NCBI GenBank assembly: GCA_038243585.1
Contig: JBBSQY010000014.1
Coordinates: 1 to 64,000, forward strand
DNA: 64,000 nt
Direction of reading: 5' to 3'
Origin: Candidatus Sumerlaeales bacterium
GTDB taxonomy: Bacteria; Sumerlaeota; Sumerlaeia; Sumerlaeales; Sumerlaeaceae
The notes below the pieces were generated by a model. That model was given only the letters and a program-made list of their open reading frames with translations, had not been told where the DNA came from and did no database searches. Each line of letters starts with the position of its first letter. Position 1 is the first letter of the stretch. This document shows, piece after piece, positions 61,101 to 64,000 of the stretch. The position numbers and the translations under genes were made by a program.

Positions 61101-61151
61101 CGGCCGTCGGCTGGATATTGGGGCTCTGCGCTGGGGTTTATCCTGTTTCAT
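58143..61151 (-). CDS. O-antigen ligase/Wzy_C-like membrane protein fused to TPR repeats and a Thr/Pro/Ala-rich tail
   Basis: FGTGPGGY and SHNFYLDVLLETGLVG (Wzy_C His motif); TPR-like YYKLGHVY and VHLNLGIMY. Confidence 0.78.
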   Translation of the reverse strand: MKQDKPQRRAPISSRRPSSAAAILSGKSGATKSDYSSYGWLLLLGTFLTIILISFLFTPYTHQLDEIKNVLLMLVPPVLLIAALWRMDFSEITWKRHGALILLGLYFLWMCISWLVNPYKLVGEGVIWFNLGVATFAVVFAWYMNTEDKARKTMIFFVSLGLISTVLGLFLFAGRYTQGFYTAMLQDPYWQTEARRPWMIGVYTLTSSSGDMYSFILNSDFYAAFLVMLIPVSLSMFFVEQRTGYKILALAALLLMTVCLFLTNSNDSFIAMYLVAYPVYFLLGWWFVRDWGMSRRFVFTLVGCTAALLIFVAIMMLPKLSATFDFKSAAFEGRRVLWGGGFWPWIYGDNLHGQSVDLISIIFGTGPGGYRHYFPWFRRPDFFDQQINNVTTFSHNFYLDVLLETGLVGLVLFTGFLVRVMADGVRQLRISESRTHVLYQIAILTGLVGIGVQNFSSPNNRWAVAGMIYWSMFGLSMGLASLDRAPASDNSASRQFFGIPIYRFARWASLSLAFLFALRCIAPGAQFYDYWKGATQNAEGLRDMESASSTGITAEQQITLLANSLVHFDSAIKHNPTFATSYYKLGHVYNQIGNLTDDPQYSEEAIKTYEKLNAINPNYSEVHLNLGIMYAQKAGSLPQLKVQLQKDIAELKTQMTAATGGEKARLKKEHDEKAETLKSLQETEGELRLKYMKTAYEHMKDAAHQSLKPNTQYLTGSIGRELATIYDEQGKKEKGDQVKEEAKRYFRSIITYKPRLEDLQLDQKEYYGKAQKSLLALAEETNKIEEIIAVLTQMVEDNPESKLMLNALLESYDRSKKTEEKLAYLEKAVHANPTDPALRIELAEAYKKADQPKKYVNELRRVEVLSPQDPSLLREIYQAYKTTNDGPRAKTYADKLTSLGISLGDEATTTPAAAAAGTTGPPAVTAPTASTTTSTPAPITPTPAATEPQTTQTNQTVKTTSSEAAKDPVVAVITSNSLETTATLNTTKPSTTETQPAAPIMP

Positions 61152-61202
61152 CTAAGCGTGTCCTGTCGTTATGTGCGTTTTGGCTGATCTGAAGACTGTC
61201 TT

Positions 61203-61490
61203 CTAAATCACGTCGGGAAAGCCCGGTGCCTGGACGTCAGGCACCACCGGGCCCGCTACCACCAGCCCCAGCTCTTCTCGCGCGTCTTTTAAAAAGCTTT
61301 CAAAGTCCCGCTGCATCAGCGGGGAAATCCAGAATTCAACGATACCCGCCCCCGCATCCTTTGTTCTTACCACGGCCAGCCCCTCGTAAGCCTCCATCAG
61401 GTTGACCAGGAAGCCTATTCGCGAAGGGTCGATGCGCCCGGTATAGCAGAGGCCAGCTTTTGGCTCTGGATGATCATCCCAGCGTCTCAT
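61203..61490 (-). CDS. DUF4911-like small protein
   Basis: IGFLVNLMEAYEGLAVVRT motif; ATG overlaps the GT2 stop (ATGA). Confidence 0.65.
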   Translation of the reverse strand: MRRWDDHPEPKAGLCYTGRIDPSRIGFLVNLMEAYEGLAVVRTKDAGAGIVEFWISPLMQRDFESFLKDAREELGLVVAGPVVPDVQAPGFPDVI

Positions 61491-62386
61491 CGGCGCAGCC
61501 GGGCCAGTATGTCGGCCAGGAAGCCCACAATCATTATCTGCAGTGCGGAGACCACCAGTATGGTAATAGTCCCGTCGAGGATCCGGCCTTGGGCGTCGCG
61601 GACGAAGGAAACCGCCAGCGCCGCCAGCAGCAAAAGGCATCCGAACGGAAGACAGACTCGCAGCGGATTAAAGAACAGGATGCTTCGGACTACGGTGAGA
61701 AACAGGTTTTTTGTGTCGCGAAAGGGGCGGATTTTGCTGTGACCGGTCCGGGCATAATAATCAATGGGTAGGTACTGCACCAGCAGATCGCTGCTGAGAT
61801 AGGCCAGGGTAATGGTGGTGGTAAACGAGAAGCCGCTGGGATACAAGGCCATAAACCGCAGGGCATCGTGCCGTCGGAACGCGCGAAAGCCACTGTTGAG
61901 ATCGATGATGCGGCGGCCGGCCAGAAACTCCGCCGTCACTTTCAAAACCCATTTCGCAGGACGGCGCACCGCCGGAATATTGACATCCGCGCCGATGCGC
62001 GCGCCCACAGCCATGTCGCAGTCGGCCAGCATGTCCAGCAACTGCCCGGTGGCGGCCACAGGATAGGTGCTATCGGCGTCTATGATGACGATAATATTGA
62101 ACTGGGCATGGCGCAATCCGGTTTTAAGAGCGGCACCGTAGCCAAGATTTTCGCGGTGACGGATCACCCGCGCGCCCGCGCCACTTGCCTCTGAAGCCGT
62201 GCCGTCAATTGAGCCGTCGTCGATGACCAACACTTCCCACTGGTCCGGAGAAAGTCCGGATACCTCGGCCAGGGCGTCGCGCGCCTGCGCCACCACGCCG
62301 ACCACCCCACCCTCTTCGTTATAGGAAGGGATCAGCAGGCTGACGCCGGAAGGCGCGAGGGTGGACTCTTGTGGGTTAATTGACAC
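61487..62386 (-). CDS. GT2 family glycosyltransferase (polyprenyl-phosphate glycosyltransferase-like)
   Basis: IPSYNE, IDDGSIDGT, IDADSTY, SGFR, two C-terminal TMs. Confidence 0.88.
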   Translation of the reverse strand: MSINPQESTLAPSGVSLLIPSYNEEGGVVGVVAQARDALAEVSGLSPDQWEVLVIDDGSIDGTASEASGAGARVIRHRENLGYGAALKTGLRHAQFNIIVIIDADSTYPVAATGQLLDMLADCDMAVGARIGADVNIPAVRRPAKWVLKVTAEFLAGRRIIDLNSGFRAFRRHDALRFMALYPSGFSFTTTITLAYLSSDLLVQYLPIDYYARTGHSKIRPFRDTKNLFLTVVRSILFFNPLRVCLPFGCLLLLAALAVSFVRDAQGRILDGTITILVVSALQIMIVGFLADILARLRR

Positions 62387-62451
62387 GATGGGTAATGGGA
62401 CTCCCGCTTACGGAAGGTGCAAGAGGTAAATGCGGACTGGTGCCTTGCGGT

Positions 62452-63999
62452 TTACATCTGCTCAAGCCGTGGGATGCCCAGCAACTCCAGTCCCTTGTCC
62501 AGAGTGCGCGCAGCGGCGTCGCACAGGGCCAGACGACTGGAGCGGGTTTCTCCTTCGCTTTGTAATACGGGACAGTTTTCGTAGAAACCGTTGAACGCCG
62601 TAGCCAGATTGTACAAGTATCCGCTCAGATGGTGTGGCTTCAGCTCTCGGCCGACCACGTCAAGGACCTCGCCAAATTGCAAAATCTGCCTGGCCAACGC
62701 GAGTTCGTGAGGCGCATCCAGGCTCAGGCGCGGCGCGGCTGCCTCGTTTGGGGAAGGCTTGACTCCCTCTGCCGCTTTCCGGAAAATAGAACGAATCCGC
62801 GTAAGTGCATATTGGAGATACGGGCCCGTGTTACCGTCCATGGACATCATTTTGTCCCACGTAAACACGTAATCGCTAGTGCGGTCTTTCGACAGATCCG
62901 CGTATTTGACCGCCGCAATCCCCGCTGCCCGGGCAATCACGCGCCGGGTGGCTTCGTCCATAGCGGGATTCTTCGTCGTCACCAGATCGAAAGCCCGCAC
63001 GTCCGCCTCCGCCAGCAGGTCGCGCAGCTTCACCGTTGCGCCGCTGCGGGTCTTGAACGGTCGCCCGTCCTCGCCCAGCATAGTGCCAAAGGGTGCGAAT
63101 TCCAGCGACACCGACTCGGCCGGCGCCCAGTTCATCTTCCGCGCTGCATCAAACACCTGCGCGAAGTGCTGGCTCTGCCGGCTGTCGTGGACGTAGATGA
63201 TGCGCGTCGCACCGACTTCTTTTACACGGTGACGGATGGCGGCCAGGTCTGTGGTACCATATAAATACCCGCCTCCGCTTTTTTCCACGATCAGCGGAGA
63301 ATCAAAACCCTCTGTAAATATGACCATGGCCCCTTCGCTGCGTTTGGCCACGCCTTTTTCAGCCAGTTCGGCGACGACATCTTCGAGGAACTCATTGTAA
63401 AAAGATTCGCCCCGCTCGTGCGCCGGCGTCAGCGCCACGCCCAATTGCTCATAAATCGGCTGATAATGGCGGCGCGTCTCGTCCACAATCCGGTGCCACA
63501 ATTCCAGTTCTTCCGTGCCGCCGGATTGCAACTTTACTACGGTTGCGCGGGCGAGATCCTGAAAACCAGGCTCATCATCAAATCGCTGTTTCGCCTGACG
63601 ATAGAAGTCTTCCAAATCTTCAATGTGGGATTCGCCGGTGCCCGCTGGCGAGGTGCGCAGGTGGGCGATCAGCATACCAAACTGGGTTCCCCAGTCGCCA
63701 AGATGGTTTTGACGAACGACGTTGTTGCCCTGAAACTCGAGCACTCGCGCGATGCAATCGCCAATGATGGTGCTGCGCAGGTGACCCACGTGCATCTGCT
63801 TGGCGATATTTGGCCCGGAGTAATCGACAACAACAGTAGGGCAGGGATGGCTCGCCGAGTCGCGCCGACCGCCGACCTGCAGGCCCAACAGATCATCCTC
63901 AACGGCCTCAGCAAGACGACTTCCCAGCCACTCTGGAGCTAGACGGACATTAATAAAACCTGGCCCGGCGATGGAGATTTCAGACGCGATATCTGCCAA
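62452..63999 (-). CDS. argS: Arginine--tRNA ligase (5'-truncated by window edge)
   Basis: DYSGPNIAKQMHVGHLRST, GDWGTQFG, KTRSG, GNTGPYLQYA. Confidence 0.96.
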   Translation of the reverse strand: MADIASEISIAGPGFINVRLAPEWLGSRLAEAVEDDLLGLQVGGRRDSASHPCPTVVVDYSGPNIAKQMHVGHLRSTIIGDCIARVLEFQGNNVVRQNHLGDWGTQFGMLIAHLRTSPAGTGESHIEDLEDFYRQAKQRFDDEPGFQDLARATVVKLQSGGTEELELWHRIVDETRRHYQPIYEQLGVALTPAHERGESFYNEFLEDVVAELAEKGVAKRSEGAMVIFTEGFDSPLIVEKSGGGYLYGTTDLAAIRHRVKEVGATRIIYVHDSRQSQHFAQVFDAARKMNWAPAESVSLEFAPFGTMLGEDGRPFKTRSGATVKLRDLLAEADVRAFDLVTTKNPAMDEATRRVIARAAGIAAVKYADLSKDRTSDYVFTWDKMMSMDGNTGPYLQYALTRIRSIFRKAAEGVKPSPNEAAAPRLSLDAPHELALARQILQFGEVLDVVGRELKPHHLSGYLYNLATAFNGFYENCPVLQSEGETRSSRLALCDAAARTLDKGLELLGIPRLEQM

Positions 64000-64000
64000 A

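Overview
Bacterial chromosomal window of housekeeping and cell-envelope genes. Housekeeping: rhlE-like helicase, gyrA, rpmH-rnpA, gpmA, rph, ychF, pyrR-like, prmC, glgC, argS. Envelope and other: transporters, several GT-C/YfhO/O-antigen-ligase-type membrane proteins, one PIN-type toxin-antitoxin pair and scattered REP-like palindromes. The style of the prepilin-type gene suggests Candidatus Sumerlaeota (BRC1), but this is an inference. The standout is a 2529-aa secreted adhesin-like protein (7255..14844, minus strand). Its predicted mature N-terminus is a eukaryote-type ubiquitin domain, 62/72 identical to human ubiquitin by manual alignment, with no C-terminal Gly-Gly. The ubiquitin sits directly between the signal peptide and a 7-bladed FG-GAP propeller, followed by FN3-like, HYR, integrin-alpha-like, SdrD-B, DUF11 and CARDB-like modules. 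No E1/E2/E3/JAB genes are in the window. I saw no rRNA, tRNA, CRISPR array, prophage or intact transposase. All family assignments are motif recognition by eye; no database searches were run.
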